The translations under genes and the position numbers were made by a program. From an uncultured Actinomycetes bacterium (GTDB lineage Bacteria > Actinomycetota > Thermoleophilia > Gaiellales > Gaiellaceae), in the NCBI GenBank assembly GCA_963840705.1, contig CAWIZT010000009.1, forward strand, positions 82,321-146,320: a DNA stretch of 64,000 bases, written 5' to 3'. Every line of letters begins with the position of its first letter. Within the stretch, counting starts at the first letter, position 1. The notes below the pieces were generated by a model. The model was not told where the DNA came from and did not search any database. It was given only the letters and a program-made list of their open reading frames with translations. Positions 54,841 to 64,000 of the stretch are shown one piece after another.

Positions 54841-55563
54841 ATGCAACGCCTCGTGCTCGTGCACGGTAGCGTCGTCGGTGGCCGCGCGACCTGGGGGGCG
54901 CAGCTCCCACTGGCCGAGCGGTTCGAGCTCGTCGTTCTCGACCGGCCCGGATTCCCGCCGAACCCACCCGTCGAGCGCGTCGACTTCGAGACGGACGCGG
55001 AGCTCGTCGCGGGACTGCTCGAGCCCGGCGACCATCTCGTCGGCCACTCGTACGGCGGCGTGATCTCTCTGCTGGCAGCCGCTCGCCGACCGGAGCTCAT
55101 GCGGTCGCTGACCCTGGTCGAACCGCCGACAACGCGGGTCGCGCTGGACAACCCCGCAGTCGCCGAGTTCGCGGCCGGTGGACGCGAGCTCTACGCGAGC
55201 GGGGAAAGCCACGATCCTGAGGCGTTCCTCGCCCGGTTCCTGACGGCGGTCGGCTCGACGTTCATTCCGCCGTCGCCGCTGCCCGCGGACCTCGAGCGGG
55301 GCACCAGAGCGCTGATGGTGGAACGAGGCCCGTGGGAGGCCGAGATCCCGCTCGAAGCCCTCGCCGCCGCACCCTTCCCGAAGCTCGTCGTCTCGGGCGC
55401 CCATCACCCGGCGTTCGACGCGATCTGCGACACGCTCGAACGCTCACTCGGCGCGGAGCGGGTCGTGCTTCCTGGTCACGGCCACGCCGCCCAACGCCAC
55501 CCGGACTTCAACGCCCACCTGGCCGGCTTCGTCGAGCGCGCCGCGGCACTCCAACGCACCTGA
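54841..55563 (+). CDS. Alpha/beta-fold hydrolase
   Basis: LVLVHG (oxyanion region), GHSYGG nucleophile elbow and C-terminal PGHGH. Confidence 0.85.
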   Translation: MQRLVLVHGSVVGGRATWGAQLPLAERFELVVLDRPGFPPNPPVERVDFETDAELVAGLLEPGDHLVGHSYGGVISLLAAARRPELMRSLTLVEPPTTRVALDNPAVAEFAAGGRELYASGESHDPEAFLARFLTAVGSTFIPPSPLPADLERGTRALMVERGPWEAEIPLEALAAAPFPKLVVSGAHHPAFDAICDTLERSLGAERVVLPGHGHAAQRHPDFNAHLAGFVERAAALQRT

Positions 55564-55652
55564 TTCACTCCTGGAGAGTTTGTCCGACACCGAAAGGGAG
55601 CGACCAACGGCACCGAGACAGGCGCGAGAACCGAAACCGAAGCGAAGATAGA

Positions 55653-55679
55653 CGCCAAGTTACAACTTGTAACTAGGCG
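55653..55679. repeat. 27-bp palindrome, left copy (12-bp arms, one mismatch)
   Basis: CGCCAAGTTACA-ACT-TGTAACTAGGCG. Lies 90 nt after the hydrolase stop. Confidence 0.85.
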
Positions 55680-55736
55680 TGATTTCGGCGCTCTCTTGGA
55701 GCAGAGTGGTTCAAATCGAGCAGCCAGGCTCCAGGC

Positions 55737-56003
55737 ATGTACGCAGCGGCGCCTCGAGTAGATCCCCAACTCCTGGTCGCAATTGGTCGCCTCGACGACA
55801 GCTCGCTGCCGATTGCGGAGACGTACAGAAGGTGTCGTGGAGCGGCCACGACGCTCGGCATTCCGCGACCAAGCTACGAGCGCGTGCGGCTGCACGTGCG
55901 TGAGGTGCGACGCGAACGAGAGCGAGCCCGAGTCGCCCGCGAGACGATCCTCGCGGTTCTCCTGCATCAGAAACCCGTCGACGCCCTGAACGAGATCGTC
56001 TGA
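55737..56003 (+). CDS. Small basic hypothetical protein (88 aa), possibly DNA-binding
   Basis: Open frame bracketed by the two 27-bp palindromes. The segment LPIAETYRRCRGAATTLGIPRPSYERVRLHV looks helix-turn-helix-like. No clear RBS, and codon usage is less G/C-biased than in the neighbours. Confidence 0.4.
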   Translation: MYAAAPRVDPQLLVAIGRLDDSSLPIAETYRRCRGAATTLGIPRPSYERVRLHVREVRRERERARVARETILAVLLHQKPVDALNEIV

Positions 56004-56012
56004 GGCGGAAAG

Positions 56013-56039
56013 CGCCAAGTTACATCTTGTAACTTGGCG
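56013..56039. repeat. 27-bp perfect palindrome, right copy; likely a bidirectional terminator hairpin
   Basis: CGCCAAGTTACA-TCT-TGTAACTTGGCG, between the convergent stops at 56003 (plus) and 56057 (minus). Confidence 0.85.
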
Positions 56040-56056
56040 TCGAGACCCGGCCCGAC

Positions 56057-57190
56057 CTACGCGGTTTTCCGTTCTGGGGGTTTCGTTTCGGCCTGCTCGC
56101 TCTCCCGGCGGCGGATGCGCGGGTTCATCAGCTTGACGATCTCCAGCAGGTAGATCACGAAGATCGAGAAGGCGATCGCAATCAACGCGATCACCACGAC
56201 GAGGAGCGTCTCCCAGAGATGCCAGTCGCCGCCCTCGCGGAACGGGATGAAGCGGGTCGCGAGCGCAGCGCCAGCGAGACTGGCGCACCACAGCCACATG
56301 GTCACCGCGGCGCGGCGCTGCGAGAATCCGATGTTCAGGAAGCGGTGATGAAGGTGGCCGCGGTCGGCCGTGTAGATCGGCCGCGACTGCTTCAACCGGC
56401 GGGCGACCACGAAGGACGTGTCGATGATCGGCACGGCGAGAACGAGCAGCGGAAGCAGGAGGACGACGGTCGACGCCGTCTTGAGCAGTCCCTGGATCGA
56501 CACCGAGGCGAGGATGAAGCCGAGGCAGAGCGCGCCCGAGTCGCCCATGAAGATCCGGGCGGGGAAGAAGTTGTGCCTGAGAAACCCGAGACACGACCCG
56601 GCGACGATCGCGGAGAGGATCGCGGGGTCGGCCTTGCCGAGCGAGAGCGCAAGGATCGCATACGTCGCGCCCGCGATCGCGCAGACCCCGGCCGCGAGCC
56701 CGTCCAGCCCGTCCAGGAAGTTGACCATGTTCATGACCGCGACGATGAACAGCATCGAGAGCGGCACGCCGAGCCATGCGGGCAGGTCCATGACGCCGAC
56801 GAAAGGAAGCGTGAAGTGGTCGATCCAGACACCGAACGCGGGCGGCATCGCCGCCGCGAGCAGCTGACCGGAGAGCTTCGCCGAAGGTGAGAGACCGCGG
56901 AAGTCGTCGATCGCTCCGACCACCGTCGCGATAGCGGCACCGAGCAGTACCCCTCGGCTCTCGCTCGAGAGATCGAGGAAAGCGAGCGAGGGCACGAGGA
57001 TGCCGAGGAAGATCGCGAGCCCGCCGAGCCGCGGAATGGGGCGTCGATGCACCCGCCGGTCGTCCGGCTGGTCGACGGCGCCGAGCATGCGCGCCATGCC
57101 GCCGACGGCGGGCGTGAGCAGGACGACGATGCCGAAGGCGATGCCGAGCCCGTACAGGACCTCCGGGGTCGCCCTGAGCTCGTCCAGCAC
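56057..57190 (-). CDS. wecA: Glycosyltransferase family 4: undecaprenyl-phosphate GlcNAc-1-phosphate transferase (WecA/Rfe-like)
   Basis: Polytopic, 377 aa. AIDDFRGL, NFLDGLDGLA and IFMGDSGAL motifs. The position before the atp operon matches actinobacteria. Confidence 0.8.
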   Translation of the reverse strand: MLDELRATPEVLYGLGIAFGIVVLLTPAVGGMARMLGAVDQPDDRRVHRRPIPRLGGLAIFLGILVPSLAFLDLSSESRGVLLGAAIATVVGAIDDFRGLSPSAKLSGQLLAAAMPPAFGVWIDHFTLPFVGVMDLPAWLGVPLSMLFIVAVMNMVNFLDGLDGLAAGVCAIAGATYAILALSLGKADPAILSAIVAGSCLGFLRHNFFPARIFMGDSGALCLGFILASVSIQGLLKTASTVVLLLPLLVLAVPIIDTSFVVARRLKQSRPIYTADRGHLHHRFLNIGFSQRRAAVTMWLWCASLAGAALATRFIPFREGGDWHLWETLLVVVIALIAIAFSIFVIYLLEIVKLMNPRIRRRESEQAETKPPERKTA

Positions 57191-57196
57191 GACCGG

Positions 57197-57859
57197 TTAC
57201 TTCGTCCCGTACAGGCGATCGCCTGCGTCGCCGAGGCCCGGGAGGATGTAGCCCTTGTCGTTCAGCCCGCGGTCGACCGAGGCGACGACGATCTGCACCT
57301 CGGGGTGGTCGCGGTGAACGCGCTCGATGCCCTCGGGCGCTGCGATCAGGGCGATCAGGCGAATGGACGTCGCCCCCGCCCGCTTCACGGTCTCGATCGC
57401 GGCAGCGGTCGAGTTCCCCGTCGCGAGCATCGGGTCGAGGAGGATCACGTCGCGGTCTGCGATGTCGCCGGGCAGCTTCACGAAGTACTCGACCGGCTCG
57501 AGCGTCTCCTCGTCCCGGAAGAGCCCGATGAAGCCGACGCGCGCGCCCGGAACGAGCGAGAGCACGGCGTCGAGCATTCCGACGCCCGCGCGCAGGATCG
57601 GACAGACGGCGACCTTCTTGCCGGAGATGCGGCGAGCCGCCGTTCGCTCGAGCGGCGTCTCGATCTCGATCTCCTCGTCTGCGAGATCCTTGGTCGCCTC
57701 GTAGGTGAGGAGCAGCGTGAGCTCGTTCACGAGCTGCCGGAACATCTGCGTCGTCGTGGTCACGTCCCGCAGCAGCCCGAGCTTGTGCTGCACCAGCGGG
57801 TGCAGAACCTCGGTGACCTGAGCAGTCGCCGTCGCTCCGAGGTCCGCTCTGGTTTCCAT
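57197..57859 (-). CDS. upp: Uracil phosphoribosyltransferase
   Basis: [21 protein letters not shown] (PRPP motif) and [19 protein letters not shown] 57859 was chosen so the gene clears the glyA stop. Confidence 0.92.
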   Translation of the reverse strand: METRADLGATATAQVTEVLHPLVQHKLGLLRDVTTTTQMFRQLVNELTLLLTYEATKDLADEEIEIETPLERTAARRISGKKVAVCPILRAGVGMLDAVLSLVPGARVGFIGLFRDEETLEPVEYFVKLPGDIADRDVILLDPMLATGNSTAAAIETVKRAGATSIRLIALIAAPEGIERVHRDHPEVQIVVASVDRGLNDKGYILPGLGDAGDRLYGTK

Positions 57860-57863
57860 TCCG

Positions 57864-59156
57864 TCAGTCACCGAAGGTGGGGAACGCGCCCTTGCCCGGA
57901 TACAGAGGCCGGCGCGCACAGAGGGCAGCGCTTCGTGCGGCGAGCGCGTCGACGTCCGAATCCGGGCCGAGCGCCTCGCACATGATCCGGCCCACCTCGC
58001 GGAAGTCTTCCTCGTCGAAGCCGCGGATGGTCAGCGCGGGTGTCCCTACCCGGAAACCGGACGCTACTGTCGGCGGGCGAGCATCGAAGGGCACGGTGTT
58101 CCGATTGACCGTGATGCCGACCTGCGCGAGCCGTTCCTCGGCGTCCTTGCCCGTCCACTCGGTCGAGCGCAGGTCGACGAGGAGGAGGTGCGTGTCGGTG
58201 CCGCCGGTCAGCACGTCGAGCCCACCTTCTTGGAGCGCTTCGGCCAACGCATCGGCGTTCGCGCGCACACTCTCCTGGTAGTGCCGGAACGGCTCCGAGG
58301 CCGCGATGAGGAAGCAGGCGGCTTTCGCGGCGATCACGTGGTTGAGCGGCCCACCCTGCATCCCCGGGAAGACCGCCCGGTCGACCGCCTGCGCGTGCTC
58401 TTCCTTGCAGAGGATGAATCCGGATCGAGGCCCCGCCAGCGTCTTGTGCGTCGTCGAGGTCACGAAGTCGCAGTGCGGCACGGGGCTCGGATGGATGCCT
58501 GCAGCAACGAGACCCGCGAAGTGGGCCATGTCGCAGAGGAGGAGCGCGCCCACCTCGTCCGCGATCTCGCGGAAGCGCCAGGCCTCGACGGCTCGCGGAT
58601 AGGCGGAGCCCCCGCACACGATCAGCTTGGGCCGCTGCTCGCGCGCAAGCGCGAGAACGTCGTCGTAGTCCACGAGGTTCGTCTCGCGCGAGACGCCGTA
58701 GTGGACGATCGAGTACAGCCGCCCGGAGAAGTTCACCTTCAACCCGTGCGTGAGATGGCCACCGTGCGCGAGCTCGAGCGACAGGATCGTGTCGCCCGGC
58801 TTCAGGCACGCGAAGTACACGGCCATGTTCGTCAGCGCGCCGGCATGCGGCTGGACGTTCGCGTGCTCCGCCCCGAAGAGCGTCTTCGCGCGGTCGATGG
58901 CGAGCCGCTCGATCTCGTCCACGACCTCGCAGCCTCCGTAGTAGCGTCGTCCCGGATACCCCTCGGAGTACTTGTTCGTCGGCACGCTGCCGACGGCTTC
59001 GAGAAGCGAGGGCCAGGTGAAGTTCTCCGAGGCGATCAGCTCGATCTCGCCACGCTGGCGGTCGAGCTCTCGCTGCAGGAGATCGGCGATCTCGGGATCG
59101 ACGTCTGCGAGGCCGGCCGCACGGAGATCCTCGAGCGTCAACTGGGCGATGGCCAT
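57864..59156 (-). CDS. glyA: Serine hydroxymethyltransferase
   Basis: From ATG 59156: [36 protein letters not shown] (PLP lysine). 430 aa. Confidence 0.95.
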   Translation of the reverse strand: MAIAQLTLEDLRAAGLADVDPEIADLLQRELDRQRGEIELIASENFTWPSLLEAVGSVPTNKYSEGYPGRRYYGGCEVVDEIERLAIDRAKTLFGAEHANVQPHAGALTNMAVYFACLKPGDTILSLELAHGGHLTHGLKVNFSGRLYSIVHYGVSRETNLVDYDDVLALAREQRPKLIVCGGSAYPRAVEAWRFREIADEVGALLLCDMAHFAGLVAAGIHPSPVPHCDFVTSTTHKTLAGPRSGFILCKEEHAQAVDRAVFPGMQGGPLNHVIAAKAACFLIAASEPFRHYQESVRANADALAEALQEGGLDVLTGGTDTHLLLVDLRSTEWTGKDAEERLAQVGITVNRNTVPFDARPPTVASGFRVGTPALTIRGFDEEDFREVGRIMCEALGPDSDVDALAARSAALCARRPLYPGKGAFPTFGD

Positions 59157-59166
59157 CGCCAGGATG

Positions 59167-59760
59167 CTACTCGGCGAGCGCGAGGGCCTCGGCTGCCGGC
59201 ACCGCGCCCACTCGAAGTACCCGCGGCGCAGGGCCCGTGAGATCGAGCACCGTCGACGGCGTTCCGGGCAGGTCGCCACCGTCGACGACCGCCGCTGCCC
59301 CTCTGTGGAGCGCTTCCGGGACCTCGGACAGGCGCCGCGGATCGGCCCCGCCGTGGACGTTGGCGCTCGTGGCGGCGAGGACTCCGACTGCCGCGAGCAG
59401 CTCTCCACCCGGCCCGGCGAGCTTCGGCACGCGAACGCCGATGGTCTCGGGGTTGCCTCCGCTGAGCCAGGGAAAGCGGCCGGCGGGATTCGGGAGGATG
59501 AGCGTGTACGGGCCGGGCAGCAGCCTCCGGGCACGCGCCACCGCCTCCTCGGGCAGCTCGGAGATGCACTCGACCAGCGCCTCGATGCTGGACGCGACGA
59601 TCGCGATCGGCTGCTGCGGCGAACGGCCTTTCAACACCGACAGCGCTCGCACGGGCTCCGCGCGATCCGGTGTGCAGGCGAGGCCGTACACCGTGTCCGT
59701 CGGGAGGACGACCACCAGCCCGGCGCGGATCGCGGCGATGGCTTCCTCGACTGGCGTCAT
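59167..59760 (-). CDS. tsaC: L-threonylcarbamoyladenylate synthase (TsaC/YrdC/Sua5 family, short form)
   Basis: [12 protein letters not shown] and ATSAN motifs. Position after prmC. Confidence 0.85.
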   Translation of the reverse strand: MTPVEEAIAAIRAGLVVVLPTDTVYGLACTPDRAEPVRALSVLKGRSPQQPIAIVASSIEALVECISELPEEAVARARRLLPGPYTLILPNPAGRFPWLSGGNPETIGVRVPKLAGPGGELLAAVGVLAATSANVHGGADPRRLSEVPEALHRGAAAVVDGGDLPGTPSTVLDLTGPAPRVLRVGAVPAAEALALAE

Positions 59761-60590
59761 CGCTCCAGCGTGCCCTCGGCCACACGGTCGCGCCCGGCGA
59801 GATCCTTCGTCGTTCGTACGTCGGCATAGCCGAGCCCCGCGAGGAGACCGTGGACGCGCTGGGCATCGCTCTCCCCCGTCTCGAGCACGAGAGCGCCGCC
59901 CGGGCGCAGAACCTGGAGCGCGCGGCGGGCTATCTCTTCCGTAGCGCCCTCACCGACAAGCGCGGTGCGCGGCTCCCACTCGCGAACCTCGGGCTCGAGC
60001 ATGTCGATCTCGTCCTCGCAGACGTACGGCGGGTTCGACACGACGAGGTCCCATGGCCCTTCCGGCAGAGCGTGGAACAGGTCGCCGTGAACGATCTCGA
60101 TCGCGAGCCCGGTGCGAACGGCGTTCTCGCGCGCGACCTCGAGCGCAGCTTGCGACGAGTCGATCGCCATGACCAGTGCCCCCGGCACCTCGTCAGCGAT
60201 CGCGAGCGCGATCGCGCCACTCCCCGTACCGACGTCGAGCACCCGCGGTTCGGCGATCCCGTCGAGCCGGGCGAGGCACCTTTCGACGATGATCTCCGTC
60301 TCGGGCCGCGGAACGAGCACACGGTCGTCGACGGTCAGCGTGAGGCGCCGAAATCCCCACTCGCCCAGTACGTACGCGAGCGGCTCGCGACGCTCGCGAC
60401 GCGCAAGGAGACGATCGAGCTCGTCCCGGGAGGGTTCGTTTAGCTCGCGGCCGAAATCGGCTCTGAGGCGGCTCCGGGTCGTTCCCAGCACGTGGGCGAG
60501 AAGGATCTCGGCGTCGACCTCGGCGGATTCGCAGCCCGCATCGGCGAGCCGGTGCGTGGCATGCGCGAGGGCGGCCGCGACCGTCGTCAC
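59757..60590 (-). CDS. prmC: Release-factor glutamine N5-methyltransferase
   Basis: [14 protein letters not shown] (SAM motif) and SNPPY. 4-nt overlaps on both sides. Confidence 0.92.
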   Translation of the reverse strand: MTTVAAALAHATHRLADAGCESAEVDAEILLAHVLGTTRSRLRADFGRELNEPSRDELDRLLARRERREPLAYVLGEWGFRRLTLTVDDRVLVPRPETEIIVERCLARLDGIAEPRVLDVGTGSGAIALAIADEVPGALVMAIDSSQAALEVARENAVRTGLAIEIVHGDLFHALPEGPWDLVVSNPPYVCEDEIDMLEPEVREWEPRTALVGEGATEEIARRALQVLRPGGALVLETGESDAQRVHGLLAGLGYADVRTTKDLAGRDRVAEGTLER

Positions 60591-61636
60591 ACCGACGCGA
60601 CCGCGAGCGCCTGGCGGCGCTCCTCGGCCTGGAGTGCCTCGGTGAACTCGCCGAGGTCGCCTTCGAGCACTTGGTCGAGGCGATGCGCGGTCAGCTTGAT
60701 CCGGTGGTCGGTGATCCGGCTCTCCGGGAAGTTGTAGGTGCGGATCTTCTCCGCGCGCTCCCCGCTGCCGATCTGCGACTTGCGGGTCGCGGCGAGCTCG
60801 GCCTGCTGGCGGGCGCGCTCCGCTTCATACAGCCTCGCGCGCAACACACGCATCGCCTTCTGGCGGTTCTGGAGCTGCGACTTCTCGTCCTGCATCGCGA
60901 CGACGATGCCGGTCGGCACGTGCGTGATGCGGACGGCCGAGTCCGTGGTGTTCACGCTTTGCCCTCCGGGGCCGGTCGAGCGCATGACGTCGATCTTGAG
61001 ATCCTTCTCCTCGACCTCGATCTCGACCTCCTCCGCCTCGGGCATCACCGCCACGGTTGCGGTGGAGGTGTGGATCCGCCCCTGGGACTCCGTCTCCGGG
61101 ACACGCTGGACGCGGTGTGTCCCGCCCTCGAACTTGAAGACCGAGTATGCGCCCTGTCCCTTGACCGCGAAGACGATCTCCTTCACACCGCCCGACTCGT
61201 TCTCGCTGGTCGACAGCGTCTCGGTCTTGAAGCCGCGGCGCTCCGCGTAGCGGGTCAGCATCCGGTAGAGGTCGGCCGCCCAGAGCGCCGCCTCGTCGCC
61301 GCCGACGCCTTGCCGGATTTCCAGGATCACGTCCTTCTCGTCCGCCGGATCCGTCTCGACGAGTGCCAGCTTGAGCTCCTCCTCCAGCCGGGCAACCTCT
61401 GCTTCGAGCTCGGAGGCCATCGTCGCGAGCTCGGGATCGTTGCGAGAGGCTTCGAGGTCGGCGTACGCCTGGCGCCACGCATCGGCGAGCTTCTTCGGGC
61501 CCTCCAGCTCCTTGAGCCGACGGCCCGACTCGGCGGCCTTGCGGTGGTCGTTGTAGACGGCAGGATCGGACATGCGCTCCTGCGCCTCCGCGTGGGACCG
61601 CTCCAGGTCGTCGACGAGGTTCTCGATCGTGGACAT
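60587..61636 (-). CDS. prfA: Peptide chain release factor 1
   Basis: GGQ motif ([12 protein letters not shown]) and PET (RF1 PxT-type) anticodon motif ([14 protein letters not shown]). Confidence 0.95.
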   Translation of the reverse strand: MSTIENLVDDLERSHAEAQERMSDPAVYNDHRKAAESGRRLKELEGPKKLADAWRQAYADLEASRNDPELATMASELEAEVARLEEELKLALVETDPADEKDVILEIRQGVGGDEAALWAADLYRMLTRYAERRGFKTETLSTSENESGGVKEIVFAVKGQGAYSVFKFEGGTHRVQRVPETESQGRIHTSTATVAVMPEAEEVEIEVEEKDLKIDVMRSTGPGGQSVNTTDSAVRITHVPTGIVVAMQDEKSQLQNRQKAMRVLRARLYEAERARQQAELAATRKSQIGSGERAEKIRTYNFPESRITDHRIKLTAHRLDQVLEGDLGEFTEALQAEERRQALAVASV

Positions 61637-61664
61637 GCGGGTGATCGTAGCCCCGGTAGTCGGA

Positions 61665-61768
61665 GGGGTCAGGCTGAAGCCTGACCCCAGATGTGGGTGG
61701 TGAGGGGTCCAGGCTGAAGCCTGAACCCCAGATGTGGGTGGTGAGGGGTCAGGCTTCAGCCTGACCCC
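61665..61768. repeat. REP cluster: three copies of a 24-nt palindrome (two direct, one inverted) with 15-nt linkers
   Basis: GGGGTCAGGCTGAAGCCTGACCCC at 61665-61688, a degenerate copy at 61704-61729, and the inverted copy (central TTCA) at 61745-61768. The linker AGATGTGGGTGGTGA occurs twice. Confidence 0.9.
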
Positions 61769-62328
61769 GGTCTTGGACGTGCCGCCGTCTCCCGGACCAG
61801 CTCTCGGTAAAGCTCTTGCGCCCTGTGTCGGTCGACGTGGAGGATCGCGGGAACAAGTTTCGTCTCGAGGAACGGAGGAGCAGCGACCAGACCGGCGGTC
61901 GCGCGATAACTACTCCACGGCCAAGCTTCCGGCACGTGGACCAGCCCCGCGCGAACGGGATTCAACGCGACGTAGGCGCAGACCTCGATTGCGTATGCCT
62001 CCGTCTCGATCAGCGAGGCAGAGAACGGGCCGGCGAACAGATGGCCGTACCGGCAATGACGCTGGTTGAACCCGGACGCATAGCCGCCGAGAAGTAGACG
62101 CATCCCCGAGCCGAGCGTTGGCTCGGGCGTCTCGACGACAACATGGAGATGGGTGTTCAACAGGCAGTAGGCATGAACGCGCCAACCAGAACGGTCGGCC
62201 GTTCGCGCCATACCCGCGATCAGCGAGTGACGGTCGGCGTCGTCCAGGACGATGCGTCCACCGCCGTTGCCTCGAGCAATGACGTGCTGGATCCCGCCAG
62301 CGACCTCGACGCGTGGCTTGCGCGGCAT
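61756..62328 (-). mobile_element. REP-associated tyrosine transposase (RAYT; IS200/IS605 Y1 transposase family)
   Basis: 190 aa. HVIARGNGG...AYCLLNTHLHVVVET (HUH) and WPWSSY (catalytic Tyr region). Flanked on both sides by the REP palindrome, and its stop codon lies inside REP 61745-61768. Confidence 0.85.
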
Positions 62329-62408
62329 CGGATGAGGGTGGCTGACCGGCCGCTGTTGCGCCAGATGGCTTCTTTGGCCTGGTCCGGTCGGCCGACGACC
62401 TTGAGATC

Positions 62409-62482
62409 GGGGTCAGGCTGAAGCCTGACCCCAGAGAGCTTCGTCGCGGCGCGAGACCGGGGTCAGGCTTCAGCCTGACCTC
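62409..62482. repeat. REP pair in opposite orientations (BIME-like)
   Basis: GGGGTCAGGCTGAAGCCTGACCCC at 62409-62432 and GGGGTCAGGCTTCAGCCTGACCTC at 62459-62482, separated by a 26-nt spacer. Confidence 0.9.
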
Positions 62483-62501
62483 CCAAAAGCAACCGCTGCG
62501 C

Positions 62502-62933
62502 TTACGAGAGCGACGCGTCCAGTGTGATCTCGGGAACCGCGGCGAGTGCCTTCGAGACCGGGCAGTTGTCCTTCGCGGTCTCCGCGGCCGAACGGAAGGC
62601 GGTCTCGTCCAGGCCCGGCACGACGCCGCGCACGGTCAACGCGCTCTTCGTGATCCCCGTTCCAGGGACGAAGGTCACGGTCGCGGACGTCTCGAGCCGC
62701 TCGGGCGGCGTGCCTGCCTTTGCGAGCCCACCCGAGAGGGCCATCGAGAAGCACGACGCATGCGCCGCAGCGATGAGCTCCTCGGGGCTCGTTCTGCCAT
62801 CGGACTCCTCGGCGCGCGACGCCCAGGTCACGTCGAGCGGGCCGAAGGCGCCGCTCCCAACGCGCTCGATCTTCCCCTGGCCCTCCATCAGCGAGCGGGA
62901 CCAGGTCACGTGCGCGATTCGCTCGGCAGCCAT
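62502..62933 (-). CDS. osmC: OsmC/Ohr-family peroxiredoxin-like protein (copy 2)
   Basis: 143 aa from ATG 62933. TSPEELIAAAHASCF and KDNCPVSKAL (the two conserved Cys). Confidence 0.88.
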   Translation of the reverse strand: MAAERIAHVTWSRSLMEGQGKIERVGSGAFGPLDVTWASRAEESDGRTSPEELIAAAHASCFSMALSGGLAKAGTPPERLETSATVTFVPGTGITKSALTVRGVVPGLDETAFRSAAETAKDNCPVSKALAAVPEITLDASLS

Positions 62934-63388
62934 CAGCTCTCCCCTTGCTCGAGATTTGCGTCGATCGTCACCGTTGCGCTCGCCCTGATGAGCGCAGAGA
63001 AAGAACAGCCCTGATCGGCGGCTTCCGCAGCCTGCGCGAACGCAGCGGGGTCGCACCCCGGCACCACGCCGCTCGCCTCGATCGCCGAGGCGACGATCCG
63101 ATGCCCGATTCCCTCCACCTCGTCCATGGTGATCGTGCAGTGGACATCCAGCCGCTCGGGAGGCGTCCGCGCGCGGGCGAGCTCGCCCCCGAGCGACGTC
63201 ACGTAACACGTTGCGTGCGCTGCGGCCAGGAGCTCCTCCGGGCTCGTCTTCCCCTCCGGGTCGGCGACGCGGGACGCGATAGTGACGGGAAGCGTGAACG
63301 CGCCGGAGCTCGTCGCCTCGACCACCCCCGCTCCACGCGAGATCGTGCCCTCCCAGGCGACATCGGCTTCGCGGACGATTCGTGGCAC
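62933..63388 (-). CDS. osmC: OsmC/Ohr-family peroxiredoxin-like protein (copy 1)
   Basis: 151 aa. TSPEELLAAAHATCY and DQGCSFSALI. Its stop shares one nucleotide with the downstream ATG (TGATG). Confidence 0.88.
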   Translation of the reverse strand: MPRIVREADVAWEGTISRGAGVVEATSSGAFTLPVTIASRVADPEGKTSPEELLAAAHATCYVTSLGGELARARTPPERLDVHCTITMDEVEGIGHRIVASAIEASGVVPGCDPAAFAQAAEAADQGCSFSALIRASATVTIDANLEQGES

Positions 63389-63397
63389 GCGCTGACT

Positions 63398-64000
63398 TCA
63401 GGCCATGACTTCGACGCGCGTGTCGAGCTTCTGCTCCGCGGGGGTCTCCGCCCCGTCGCGCTCGAGCACCCGGCGAAGCGCCCGGATGGACACCTCGACC
63501 TGATCGTCGGAGGGCTCGCGGGTGGTGAGGCGCTGCAGCCACATACCCGGTGCGAGCATCGTCATCAAGAAGCGGTTGTCCTGGTGCTTCCCCGCGTAGC
63601 GGATCACCTCGTAGGCGAGACCGGCGATGACGGGCAGGAGCGCGATCCTGCTCAGGATCAGCCAGTGCCACTCCGGTCGCCCGACGAAGGCGAAGACGAA
63701 AATGGCGATCACCATCACCCAGAGCAAAAAAGCGGTTCCGCAACGCGGGTGAATCAAACTGAACCTCTGCACGTTGGCTGGCGTGAGCTCGACCCCGGCC
63801 TCGAGCGCGTGGATCGTCTTGTGCTCGGCGCCGTGGTACTGGAACACGCGCCGCAGGTCCGGGAGCAGGGATATGAGCAGGATGTAGCCGATGAAGACGG
63901 TGACGCGAATCAGCCCTTCGACGACGACGAACGTCCCGGTGGAGTCGATCGGGAGCCAGCTCGTCAGAAGCGCGGGGCCGACCTTGAAGAGCATGAGCGC
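63398..64000 (-). CDS. DUF1385 membrane protein, C-terminal part; 5' end is outside the window
   Basis: QYHGAEHKTIHALE and HPRCGT motifs typical of DUF1385. The ORF is still open at the window edge. Confidence 0.8.
   Translation of the reverse strand, partial: ALMLFKVGPALLTSWLPIDSTGTFVVVEGLIRVTVFIGYILLISLLPDLRRVFQYHGAEHKTIHALEAGVELTPANVQRFSLIHPRCGTAFLLWVMVIAIFVFAFVGRPEWHWLILSRIALLPVIAGLAYEVIRYAGKHQDNRFLMTMLAPGMWLQRLTTREPSDDQVEVSIRALRRVLERDGAETPAEQKLDTRVEVMA

Noticed and set aside
55564-56056. Extended inverted repeat (CCGAAACCGAAGC versus CCGAAACGAAACC) outside the two 27-bp palindromes, as possible transposon ends
   Set aside because: The match is short and of low complexity, about 11 of 16 positions. 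One arm is simply the coding 3' end of wecA.

Overview
This is a G+C-rich bacterial chromosome segment with actinobacterial-type gene order (prfA-prmC-tsaC-glyA-upp-wecA followed by the atp operon). All calls come from manual reading of the ORF track and the sequence; no database search was run.

Gene content:
- **1-18.9 kb:** branched-chain acyl-CoA catabolism genes (carboxyltransferase, enoyl-CoA hydratase, biotin carboxylase/BCCP, acyl-CoA dehydrogenase), small accessory genes, ilvA-meaB, an MFS transporter and metH.
- **ATP synthase:** the F1Fo genes are split. atpD-atpC lie at 18.9-20.8 kb and atpZ-I-B-E-F-H-A-G at 49.4-54.7 kb, on the same strand and in the same polarity.
- **The 28.6 kb between the two atp blocks:** three family-5 peptide ABC transporter loci, two orphan zf-HC2 anti-sigma-like genes, and two paralogous six-gene MoxR/DUF58/vWA (Bat-like) operons. 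One Bat-like operon is intact and abuts atpG. The other is full of frameshifts.
- **Right end:** an IS200/RAYT-type tyrosine transposase flanked by 24-nt REP palindromes, tandem OsmC genes and a partial DUF1385 gene.

Other observations:
- Three unrelated palindromic repeat families are present.
- Frameshifts are clustered gene by gene in two zones (1.6-9 kb and 27-40 kb). About 17 kb and 24 kb elsewhere read through cleanly.
- I saw no rRNA, tRNA, CRISPR array or recognisable defence system.
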